DNA of 51,518 nt, from the IMG/VR virus record IMGVR_UViG_3300017960_000020, positions 1 to 51,518 of that record, one strand, 5' to 3'. Origin of the DNA: a virus (lineage: Duplodnaviria > Caudoviricetes). The notes beneath the pieces were generated by a model. The model was not told the origin of the DNA. It ran no database searches and was given only the letters and a program-made list of their open reading frames with translations. Position 1 is the stretch's first letter. Each line of letters opens with the position of its first letter. The position numbers were made by a program, and so were the translations under genes. Below, piece by piece: positions 42,508 through 50,766 of this stretch.

Positions 42508-43083
42508 ATGCGAAACGCCATCCTCGCAAGCGTCGCGGCCTTGAGCCTTCTGGCCGGCTGCGAATCTACGCCCGCCCCGCCGGATCCCGAGCTGCAGACC
42601 CTGCAGGAGCAGTTCGACGAGCTGTTTGCCCAGGTTGACACGCTGGAAGAGATCAAGGTTCTCAGCCCAGCAGAGGCAGAATCCTACGCCAAGCTGCTGG
42701 CGGAGCTTCAGGCCCAGATCGCTGCGCGTGAAGCCGAACTCGCCCCCGATCCCGGCGTGACCCCTGAGCAGGAGGTCGCAGCTGGGGCCCTCGGAACGCT
42801 GGCCGGCGGCCCGGTCGGCGGGGCCATCGCGGTCGCCGGCGCCCAACTGCTCGGCCTGCTGTCCACCCGGCGAGGGCGAGCGCACCTCGCCAGGTCCGCG
42901 CAGAACGCCGCCAAACTCAAAGCCCTGGAGGCCCTGCGAGACTTCCTGAAGGCCGCAGGCTTCCACCACTCGACCGCCACCACCGAGAAGGTCTACGAGG
43001 CTGAAGCGACCGGCGAAGATCCGGTGATCGCGGTCAAGCAGGCCAAGGCCCCCAGCGACGCGCCCGCGGCGTCGAAGGCTTGA
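42508..43083 (+). CDS. Lipoprotein with coiled coil and hydrophobic segment (possible unimolecular spanin)
   Basis: MRNAILASVAALSLLAG-C lipobox; coiled coil; VAAGALGTLAGGPVGGAIAVAGAQLLGLLS followed by TRRGR. Confidence 0.7.
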   Translation: MRNAILASVAALSLLAGCESTPAPPDPELQTLQEQFDELFAQVDTLEEIKVLSPAEAESYAKLLAELQAQIAAREAELAPDPGVTPEQEVAAGALGTLAGGPVGGAIAVAGAQLLGLLSTRRGRAHLARSAQNAAKLKALEALRDFLKAAGFHHSTATTEKVYEAEATGEDPVIAVKQAKAPSDAPAASKA

Positions 43084-43092
43084 GCGTGCACC

Positions 43093-43416
43093 ATGCCCCG
43101 CTCCACTAAGGGCCGAGTCAAAAAGGGAAAGGCCGCATCAAGTAAGCGCCCGAACCGCCAGCCTGCTTCTCTCTCGAAGTACCTGGCGCAGACCAGCAAG
43201 CGCAAAGGCAAGTCCAACGCGCTCGAACGCGCGGAGGTCAACGACGACATCAGGGCCTTCCTCGAGGCCAAACTGGCCGGCGAGACCGACATCTCGCTGG
43301 CGCAGTACTGGGAGGAGCACCTCAAGCCGCACTACGACCTTCCCCAGAGGAACGTCACCAGCCTTCAAAACCACGTCCGAACGAACTTCGGAGAGTTGTG
43401 GAGGAAGTGCAAGTGA
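43093..43416 (+). CDS. Hypothetical basic protein
   Basis: Codon bias; GTGA overlap with the next gene. Confidence 0.65.
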   Translation: MPRSTKGRVKKGKAASSKRPNRQPASLSKYLAQTSKRKGKSNALERAEVNDDIRAFLEAKLAGETDISLAQYWEEHLKPHYDLPQRNVTSLQNHVRTNFGELWRKCK

Positions 43417-44543
43417 GCCGCCGCAGATCGAAGAAGGGGACCAAGAAGGCCTCCAAGAAGCAGGGAGCCTCCGCGTTCAAGGAGTTTTCCGAGCGCAAGG
43501 AGGGCGAGGCTCAGGAGGAGATGGCCGCCGAGCTCGACTTTCTGCGCCGGCGAAACAAGGCCCTCGAGCGGAAGGTCTCCAGCCAGGAGGCCGCGGTCCG
43601 CCTGATCATCCAGGAGGTCCGCGAGTCGCTCGAGGACCAGGCCGCGCCCCGCGTCCCGACCCCTCCGAAGCGCGCGGCCAAGGACCGCCGCGAGGTCGCG
43701 GTGCTGCTGTACTCGGACCTGCAAGCCGGCGCCCTGGGCACCGGACCGCGGGAGACTGATCGGTTCAGCGTCGCTCGCCTGCGCGAGATGGTCCTAGGGC
43801 CCCTCCTGGAAAAGACCCTGGCCACGGTGGACAACCGGCGCAAGGACGCCGAGGTAGAGACGCTTCAGCTCTGGTCCCTCGGCGACCTGGTCGACGGCTC
43901 GGGGATGCGCTCGAACCACGCCTGGGAGGTCGAAGAGGACGTACTCGCCCAGTCCATGCACACCGTGCCGGACCTCTCCAGGGACTTCACCCTTGGGTTG
44001 CTTCGCGGCTTCCAGCGGATCGAGGTCACGGCCGTCTCCGGCAACCACGGCCGCAGCGGGCCCAAGAAGGCGGACCCGAATCCCGCCCGGGTCAACTGGG
44101 ACACCGTCGCCGCCCTCACCTGGCAGGAGAAGATGCGCGGGCTCGCCGACGACCGGGTCACTTTCAACGTCGAGCAAGACGAGCGGGTCGTGATTGTCGA
44201 GCTTGGCCAGCGCAAGGCCCTCCTCTGCCACGGAGACAACCTCGCCGCCGGCGGTGGCGGGCTCATGGGGATTCCGATGTACGGGATCACGCGCGGGCTC
44301 TACAAGCTGTTCGGATCCAACATCTACGGGCCGGTCGACTACGTCGCGTTCGGCCACTTCCACCAGACCATGCAGGGCGCGCTCGGCGACGTGATCTGGT
44401 GGAGCAACGGCAGCCCGCAGCGCGGCAACCGCTTCGCTCGCGAGATCGTCAAGTCCGACTGCCGCCCGAGCCAACGGCTCTTGTTCTTTGACGCGGAGAC
44501 GGGGGACCTCCGATCTGACCACATCCTGTTTCTCGACGACTGA
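43413..44543 (+). CDS. Calcineurin-like metallophosphoesterase
   Basis: SDLQAG, LGDLVDG, SGNHGR, CHGD and FGHFH motifs. Confidence 0.88.
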   Translation: MSRRRSKKGTKKASKKQGASAFKEFSERKEGEAQEEMAAELDFLRRRNKALERKVSSQEAAVRLIIQEVRESLEDQAAPRVPTPPKRAAKDRREVAVLLYSDLQAGALGTGPRETDRFSVARLREMVLGPLLEKTLATVDNRRKDAEVETLQLWSLGDLVDGSGMRSNHAWEVEEDVLAQSMHTVPDLSRDFTLGLLRGFQRIEVTAVSGNHGRSGPKKADPNPARVNWDTVAALTWQEKMRGLADDRVTFNVEQDERVVIVELGQRKALLCHGDNLAAGGGGLMGIPMYGITRGLYKLFGSNIYGPVDYVAFGHFHQTMQGALGDVIWWSNGSPQRGNRFAREIVKSDCRPSQRLLFFDAETGDLRSDHILFLDD

Positions 44544-44551
44544 GGCGCCAC

Positions 44552-45202
44552 TTGATCGCGAATCTCCAACCGCTCACCAAGGACACCTGGTGGGTCTACC
44601 TGCTTGGCCTGCTGATCTCCACCGGCGGCGGCAAGCTGATCTGGGCCGGCGTCAAGAGCCTCAAGGCCAAGCTCCGCGTGCGCCGCTTCCATGCGGGCAT
44701 CGAGGCCACGGCGAAGGTCTACCACGCGCTCAACGACCTGGTCGCGCGCACCGGCGCCTCGCGCGCGATCATCCTGCGCGCGGAGAACGGCGGAGGCATC
44801 CCCACCCCAGGGCGCAGCCTCTACACCACGATCATCCAGGAGGCCTACTCGAGCCGGTCGAGCTCGATCCGGGACAGTTGGTATCGGCGACGTGCGGACG
44901 GCCCCTACGTCGACCTCCTGCGGCAGATCATCGAACGCGGTGAGGTTGCCTTGCGGCTTGATGCGATGGACGTGGGCGAGCTGCGGGACCTCTACGAGGC
45001 CAACGACGTGAAGCGGTCCCAGGTCCACATGCTGGGCTCCAACGGACACTTCATGGCCTACCTGTCAGTCAACTTCAAAGAGGACGCGGAGCTGACCGCC
45101 AAGCAGCGGGTGGCTATCGCGGAGGCCGCCTCCTACCTGCGCGCGGTCCTGGCGAAGCATGAGGAGGTCTTTCAAGTGCGGGGGGATCTGGAGGTGGATT
45201 AG
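44552..45202 (+). CDS. Membrane-anchored GAF-like domain protein (holin candidate)
   Basis: N-terminal hydrophobic WWVYLLGLLISTGGGKLIWAGV; soluble domain GASRAIILRAENGG...YLSVNF. Confidence 0.55.
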   Translation: MIANLQPLTKDTWWVYLLGLLISTGGGKLIWAGVKSLKAKLRVRRFHAGIEATAKVYHALNDLVARTGASRAIILRAENGGGIPTPGRSLYTTIIQEAYSSRSSSIRDSWYRRRADGPYVDLLRQIIERGEVALRLDAMDVGELRDLYEANDVKRSQVHMLGSNGHFMAYLSVNFKEDAELTAKQRVAIAEAASYLRAVLAKHEEVFQVRGDLEVD

Positions 45203-45399
45203 AGCCCCTCGATCTCACGCTGGAAGCACTCCAGCACGCCGAACTGCCGCGCCATGCGGCGGACGTGGGATCGCTCGATCGAAGGGTCGCGGCGCTTGCC
45301 GTGTCCGCCCAACGGAAGCCTGCGAAAGGCTGGTTTCTTGCCTGGCGGATAAATCCGGGAGTGTGTAGTTGTTGAAACCCGGGGGTGAGTGGGGCGGGC
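45199..45399 (-). pseudogene. 5'-truncated HicA-like toxin remnant (not in the ORF track)
   Basis: Open frame reads ...RLPLGGHGKRRDPSIERSHVRRMARQFGVLECFQREIEGL-stop. No start codon before the conserved part; in-frame TAG at 45400-02. Its stop overlaps the convergent gene's stop. Confidence 0.5.
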
Positions 45400-45431
45400 C
45401 TAACCGACCAGAGACCTATCCTGTTCGCCAA

Positions 45432-45460
45432 TTGTTAGGGGGCTTCGGGCGGGCTATGCT
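45432..45460 (+). promoter_or_regulatory. Putative sigma70-type promoter for the Panacea gene
   Basis: TTGTTA-17 nt-TATGCT, about 30 nt upstream of ATG 45492. Confidence 0.45.
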
Positions 45461-45491
45461 GTTTGCGCGATCCAGATGCACCCCTCCCGCG

Positions 45492-46004
45492 ATGCGCCTA
45501 CCCCATGCACGCGAGGTCGCTGACTATCTCTTGCAGCTCGCAGCTCAGGAGGAAGGCACGACCCCTCGCACGAACCTAGAGCTTCAAAAGCACCTGTACT
45601 ACGTGCAGGGCTGGGCCATCGCACGCCTAGGCCGACCGATGTTCCATGAGGACATAGAGGCATGGCACTACGGCCCGGTAGTGCCAAAGGTCTATCGGGC
45701 GGTGTGCGAGTATGAGGCGCACCCGATACCAACCCCAGCCGAAGACCCGTACTTGGTCGCCGAGGACCGGTGCTTCATCGCAAGCGTCTGGGAGGACTAC
45801 AAGGGGTTCACTGCTTCTGAGCTGGCACGCCTAACGCATGAGGAAGAGCCCTGGGCCAACGCCTGGGAAGGCCAACCTCACGGGGCGACCTCGAAGATCA
45901 AGATCCGCAAGCATGAGCTTGCGAGCTTCTTTGAGTCGCAGATGCCGAGTTCTCAGGATAGGGGCGATCTCCTGGGCGCTACCGACAAAGAGGCTTCTGA
46001 GTGA
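45492..46004 (+). CDS. Panacea-domain (DUF4065/SocA/GepA-like) antitoxin
   Basis: AREVADYLL, TNLELQKHLYYVQGW, FHEDIEAWHYGPVVPKVY, ASELARLTHEEEPW. Confidence 0.9.
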   Translation: MRLPHAREVADYLLQLAAQEEGTTPRTNLELQKHLYYVQGWAIARLGRPMFHEDIEAWHYGPVVPKVYRAVCEYEAHPIPTPAEDPYLVAEDRCFIASVWEDYKGFTASELARLTHEEEPWANAWEGQPHGATSKIKIRKHELASFFESQMPSSQDRGDLLGATDKEASE

Positions 46005-46158
46005 ATACTGGCCTACCCCTCGGCGCGGCTACTGGACCCTATCCGACTCCTGAACGCCCAGTTACACACTATGAAGTCACCTAGATAAGCCAGCCGGATG
46101 GCCGTAAGTGGGGGTGGCTTAGAGGTTTAGCGGCCCGCCACCCCCACTCCGGCACCTT

Positions 46159-46236
46159 GCCCCCGTGGTGGAACTGGTAGACACACCTCCTTTGCAAGGA
46201 GGCGCCTTGTCCGGGCATGCGAGTTCGCCGGGGGCA
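46159..46236 (+). tRNA. tRNA-like gene: Leu-type body, TGC (Ala) anticodon, truncated T-arm, no encoded CCA
   Basis: Acceptor GCCCCCG/CGGGGGC-A; D-arm TGGTGGAACTGGTAGACAC; anticodon stem CCTCC/GGAGG with loop TTTGCAA; long variable arm GCCT/GGGC; T-arm only GCGAGTTCGC. Confidence 0.75.
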
Positions 46237-46340
46237 CTTTCCACCTAGCAAGACCCGAGGGCCTACCAGGTCCCGAGGGCGCATTTAAGATATCGGATGA
46301 TCCTGGCCTGTCCAGGCCTCCATTCCACAATGGAGTGACA

Positions 46341-46529
46341 ATGGGAGACTCGGAGAGCAAGCGGGGGCCCAAGGGCCGCAAGACCGGCCCCGAGCTGGAA
46401 CGCCTCAAGATCGAGGAGGAGAACGCAGCCGCGGCCCTGGACCGCCTGCTGGGGCTAGAGGAGCAGCCCGAGGGAGAGGGCGACGAGGACGAGGAGAGCG
46501 AGCCCCAGGACCGGGAGCGGCGGGGCTAG
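46341..46529 (+). CDS. Small charged hypothetical protein
   Basis: GGAG RBS; KTGPELERLKIEE followed by an acidic tail. Confidence 0.6.
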   Translation: MGDSESKRGPKGRKTGPELERLKIEEENAAAALDRLLGLEEQPEGEGDEDEESEPQDRERRG

Positions 46530-46685
46530 GACTCCCCTTTCTCGCTGCCCGGGGGCGGCGTCCCTCGAACCTTGAGCTTGTGGGACCAGTCGTAGGTGTC
46601 GTTCCAGGTCCGAACAACATGGCCGCAGACTTCGCACTTGAACTGGCCCCGCTCCGCAACTTTCCGACGTGAAGCCCATTGCGGC
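46526..46685 (-). pseudogene. Start-less fragment of a zinc-ribbon protein
   Basis: KVAERGQFKCEVCGHVVRTWNDTYDWSHKL carries only one CxxC and has no credible nearby start. Confidence 0.35.
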
Positions 46686-46859
46686 CTATGAGCCCCGACC
46701 GCCGCGCTCGTAGGCGCTGACGGCAGCCTTGCCCCTTCCAATAGCCGCCCCGAGTTCCGCCTGACTCTTCCGCGCAAGCCTCCGAGCAAATCGGAGGCGT
46801 TCCCCCTGCGCGCGCTGGGCATCCTTCAGCGACGGCGCGCTTTCGGCGTCGGAGGGCAT
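46686..46859 (-). CDS. XRE/Cro-CI HTH regulator, apparently truncated
   Basis: GERLRFARRLARKSQAELGAAIGRGKAAVSAYERG, then a stop four codons later; divergent from the xis-like gene. Confidence 0.7.
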   Translation of the reverse strand: MPSDAESAPSLKDAQRAQGERLRFARRLARKSQAELGAAIGRGKAAVSAYERGGRGS

Positions 46860-47021
46860 AGCCTCCAGTGTGGGGATGGCGGGAAGCATGGGGCTAGTGG
46901 GAACGCTGAATAGTAGGGGCCCCGCAGTCCCACTGCGGCGACCGTTTGGCTTTTTTGACTTTCCGCGCACCCCAGGAGACTCCAGCCGCCTTAGGTTGGC
47001 GCCCGAAGGAGGCACCAGCCC

Positions 47022-47276
47022 ATGACCACCCAAGCTCAAGGCCGCGTCACGCGGCTCCCCAAGCGCAAACCGCGCGCATGGATCACCCCGGCGGACGCCG
47101 CGGACTACCTAAACCGAGGTCGCAGCACCATTTATCGGTACTGCGAGGAGGGCCACCTGGCCCACTGGCGCGAGCCGGGATCCCGCCAGCTGAAGATCTG
47201 CGCCAAGTCTGTGGAGGACTACGGCCGCAAGATCGACGGGCACGAGCTGCCCTCGAACGAAGGCGAGGCAGCCTGA
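47022..47276 (+). CDS. Excisionase-like HTH (HTH_17) DNA-binding protein
   Basis: GGAGG RBS; WITPADAADYLNRGRSTIYRYCEEGHL. Confidence 0.8.
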   Translation: MTTQAQGRVTRLPKRKPRAWITPADAADYLNRGRSTIYRYCEEGHLAHWREPGSRQLKICAKSVEDYGRKIDGHELPSNEGEAA

Positions 47277-47626
47277 TGGCGGGTCGGAGGGGCCTGTCGG
47301 ACAGCGGCCTGCGCCGCCTGGTGAGGGTCATGGCCGAGGAGGTCGGCCAGGCCCAGGACTACCCGCTGCGGCGGCTGATGGAGGAGTACCTGGAGGCGCA
47401 GTCCGTCGAGGTCGCGCCCGAGCACTCCAAGCAGACCCGCAACCGGCTCGACACGCTGATCACCTGGGTCGAGGACCGCTGCAGCGCGGAGGGCCTGGTA
47501 CCTGGCACGCGCGTTGTTCTGAGGAGCCGCGCGGACCTGGTCTACCTGCGCGCGGTGCTCGACTCCGCCGAGGAGATCTTGGACGGCGGGCCGCTTGAGA
47601 TCGAAGGGGGTGGCGACGGTGAGTAA
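47276..47626 (+). CDS. Hypothetical protein, weak resemblance to an integrase core-binding (SAM-like) domain
   Basis: LRRLMEEYLEAQSVEVAPEHSKQTRNRLDTLITWV; TGATG overlap. Confidence 0.55.
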   Translation: MAGRRGLSDSGLRRLVRVMAEEVGQAQDYPLRRLMEEYLEAQSVEVAPEHSKQTRNRLDTLITWVEDRCSAEGLVPGTRVVLRSRADLVYLRAVLDSAEEILDGGPLEIEGGGDGE

Positions 47627-47953
47627 CCCCAAACCCCATCGCTGCTGGTCGTGCCGAGACGAGTTCTCGCCGAACCTGCTGGACACCTACGTCGGGCTGG
47701 CGCACCTGGCCGAACGTCCGGTGAAGCTCTGCGCGCCCTGCGCGTTCGAGCACCTGCGAAGCGAGCGTCTGCCCGAAGAGTACGCCGGGCCGAAGGCTGC
47801 CGTGCAGCTCGTCGAGTCCGCGTTCGCCAACGCCCAGTCCGGCAAGGACGCTGAGGCGGCTGCCTGGGCGCGTCGACGGATGCAGAACCCGCGGCTTCGC
47901 AAGGTCACGCTGGACGTTCTGCGGAACGCCCGTTGGGAGCGAGGGGGTGCGGC

Positions 47954-47957
<4 letters not shown>
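47619..47957 (+). CDS. Zinc-finger hypothetical protein
   Basis: CWSC and CAPC motifs. Confidence 0.65.
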
Positions 47958-48375
<418 letters not shown>

Positions 48376-48379
<4 letters not shown>

Positions 48380-48687
48380 ACTTCCCGTCCCCCACCGCCT
48401 CCTGCTTCGGCTGCGAACGCCTCGTCAGCGCCGGGCTCCTCGAGCCTGTTCGCGCTGGCGAGGCGGGCCCGGAGTGGCGCATGTGCCTGGCGTGCCTGGT
48501 CACGCTCCAGCGGCGCAGCTCCGTGCCGTCCGCGTACTCGCTGCCGATTCAGCGCCTGGCATCCCGCACGCTCTCTGAGCCCTGCCAGACCTCCCAAGAC
48601 GCTCAGTGTCGCACGTTGGGGCGCTTGGTCGTCCGGGAGGCGGCGAAGGCCATGGGGGCGATCTCAGGCGGCGAGGTGGCGCGGTGA
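48376..48687 (+). CDS. Zinc-finger hypothetical protein
   Basis: CFGC and CLAC motifs; GTGA overlaps. Confidence 0.55.
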
Positions 48688-49976
48688 GGGCTCGGACGAC
48701 CCACAGCAGCGGAGCGTGGCAGGCGATCGTGCGCCGCGCGTGCATGGCCGCCGGCGTCAAGCGCGAGGCTGCTCGCGTGGTCGCCCAGGTCGAGCTGATC
48801 TACCGCGGGAGCCTCGAGGTCAACGCCGGGGCCGGTCGGCTCGCGGACTACGTGGGCGTCTCTGAGCGCACCGTTCGGCGCGCCGCCGAGGTCGCTTGCG
48901 AGGTGGGCTTCTGGACGCCTCTGCACTCCAAGGGGCAGCGCCTCCACCTGCGCTTCGCTGCCACCGAAGCCCTGCTCGAAGGGCAACCCGGAGCCATCTG
49001 GGCCGAGGGCTTGAGCGAGTACCCGGAGCAGACCCCGGACATGGTGACCGGGGTGGACCCCGGACACGGTGACCGGGGTGCGGGGGTACGTCGGTCAGGG
49101 TGTCCTACCCACCCCGGACACGGTGACCGGAGTACCCCGGACACGGTGACCTACCCCACCCCGGACACGGTGACCTACCCCCCTCCTGACCCCGGACACG
49201 GTGACCGGGGGGGGTCGGACACGGTGACCGGGGGGTCCGGACACGGTGACCGGACAGCAGAAGCAAGCAGTATCAGAAAGCAGCAGCAACAACAGCATCC
49301 CCAGCCCGCTGCAAGCTCCTCGGTGCCTGGCTCGGCCCGAGGTCCCGGTGCTGCTGCTGCTGCTGCCGGGGCTCCGCCGGAGGAGCTTGGCCGAGACCCG
49401 ATCGGCGAGCTGACGCGATCCGCGCTGGCCGCGGTTGGCGTCGAGCCCGACTCGGCGTTCGGCGGCGAGCTGCTCGATGCGCTGGTCGGCTTGGAGCCGT
49501 CCGGCATCCAGCGGGTCCTCGAGCGGGCCCGCAGCCAGGCGAACCCGGGTGGCGCGCTGCGGTCCGCGTTGGCCGGCGGGTACCTGGCCGACTGGGCAGC
49601 CGAGCCCACAGCGAGCGACGGCCGACCGGACCTGCACGCCGAACCCGCGCAGCCCCGGACCGGAGCCTGGGACTTCGAGCTCGAGGACCTGGCTCTGTGG
49701 TTTGCCCGACCGTCCGGCGACCCGCGGTTCGAGAGCGCACGCCGAACCGCCGAGTCCCGAGCCCGTTTGAGCGCTTGGGGCTCCGTCGAGGGCGTGCTTG
49801 AAGCCCAGGCCGCCCAGATCGCCGCGCTGCCCCCGCACGTCGCCCCGAAGGTCCGAGCGGCCTGGGGCCTTGACGGATGGCGCGAGTGGGCGCGAGAGCG
49901 CACCGGTGAGCCCGAACAGACCACGGAGCCCGAGCCCGCCTACATGCAGGTGCTGCGCACGGGCCTCGCTTCCTGA
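48684..49976 (+). CDS. Replication initiator (lambda O-like organisation)
   Basis: N-terminal HTH AGRLADYVGVSERTVRRA; central iteron-encoded linker; followed by a DnaC-like gene. Confidence 0.75.
   Translation: MRARTTHSSGAWQAIVRRACMAAGVKREAARVVAQVELIYRGSLEVNAGAGRLADYVGVSERTVRRAAEVACEVGFWTPLHSKGQRLHLRFAATEALLEGQPGAIWAEGLSEYPEQTPDMVTGVDPGHGDRGAGVRRSGCPTHPGHGDRSTPDTVTYPTPDTVTYPPPDPGHGDRGGSDTVTGGSGHGDRTAEASSIRKQQQQQHPQPAASSSVPGSARGPGAAAAAAGAPPEELGRDPIGELTRSALAAVGVEPDSAFGGELLDALVGLEPSGIQRVLERARSQANPGGALRSALAGGYLADWAAEPTASDGRPDLHAEPAQPRTGAWDFELEDLALWFARPSGDPRFESARRTAESRARLSAWGSVEGVLEAQAAQIAALPPHVAPKVRAAWGLDGWREWARERTGEPEQTTEPEPAYMQVLRTGLAS
49032..49251 (+). repeat. Iteron array / probable replication origin
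   Basis: Eight direct copies of (ACCC)CGGACACGGTGACC starting near 49032, 49057, 49111, 49134, 49158, 49189, 49216 and 49238. One degenerate inverted copy GGTCAGGGTGTCC at 49093-105. An A-rich tract follows. Confidence 0.85.
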
Positions 49977-49999
49977 CCCCGACTCCAAACCCCCGCACC

Positions 50000-50566
50000 A
50001 TGCAACCCGTTTCGATGAACCACCGCGGCTATCCGTCGCGACACGCCAAGACCGTCTCGTTGCCGCGCAAGTGGCACTCCGAACGGCACCGACGATGCTT
50101 CGAGTCTGCTTGGCAGGCCCTCAACGAGAAACCGGGGGCGATCGTCGCCCTACTGGGTCCGCGAGGCCATGGGAAGACGGTCCTTGCCGGCATTCTCGCC
50201 GATCGCTGGAGCCGCCAGAACGGTAGCGCGCTCTGGCAGTACTCGGTGCTCGGGCTTCTGCTCGACGAGGAGAAGCACCGCATCCGGCACAAGCTGCCGG
50301 ATCGTCCGATCGACGACGCGAGATCCCAACCGCTGCTCATCCTGGACGAGATCCAAGGCCGGATGCACTCCGACTGGGAAGATCAAACCTACGGCGCATT
50401 GGTCGCCGGGCGCTCGGACGAGCTTCGACCGACAATCGTTGTTGGCTGCATCGACAGCCAGCAAATCATTGACTACTCGCACGCCGTAGCCTCGCGGATG
50501 CAAGACGTGGGCTTGATCGTCGAGTGCAACTGGGGCGACCTTCGAGCCCTTGGGGGTCTGGCATGA
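50000..50566 (+). CDS. DnaC/IstB-like AAA+ helicase loader
   Basis: Walker A GPRGHGKT, Walker B LLILDE, RPTIVV, ASRM, ECNW.DLR. Confidence 0.85.
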   Translation: MQPVSMNHRGYPSRHAKTVSLPRKWHSERHRRCFESAWQALNEKPGAIVALLGPRGHGKTVLAGILADRWSRQNGSALWQYSVLGLLLDEEKHRIRHKLPDRPIDDARSQPLLILDEIQGRMHSDWEDQTYGALVAGRSDELRPTIVVGCIDSQQIIDYSHAVASRMQDVGLIVECNWGDLRALGGLA

Positions 50567-50766
50567 CCCCCGACCAAGCAAGCTGGCTCGTGGCGATCGG
50601 CGGCGGTGGATCCGCGGCGTTCGCGTTCGTCGTCTGGGTCGAGGCTGTGGAGGCGCTGCTGCTCAAGGAGCGCAGCCGCTTCAAGCTCTCGCGCTCGGAC
50701 TTCTTCCTGCTGTGGGGTCTGCTCGGCGCTCTGTTCGCTGGGCTCTGCTTTGGGGGTGCCGCTTGA
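50563..50766 (+). CDS. Small two-TM membrane protein
   Basis: Two hydrophobic segments; ATGA overlap. Confidence 0.6.
   Translation: MTPDQASWLVAIGGGGSAAFAFVVWVEAVEALLLKERSRFKLSRSDFFLLWGLLGALFAGLCFGGAA

Noticed and set aside
31696-42969. Very long minus-strand ORFs (31696..34320, 35916..38699, 40765..42969)
   Set aside because: Antisense shadows of GC3-rich tail genes; no motifs, and they fully overlap well-supported + strand genes.
46159-46236. tRNA-like sequence as an attP site
   Set aside because: attP cores usually copy the tRNA 3' half including the T-arm, which is the part damaged here, and no integrase is present.
49032-49251. Repeat array as a CRISPR array
   Set aside because: Repeats are only 14-18 bp with irregular, mostly very short spacers, lie inside a coding gene, and no cas genes are present. 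Iterons fit better.
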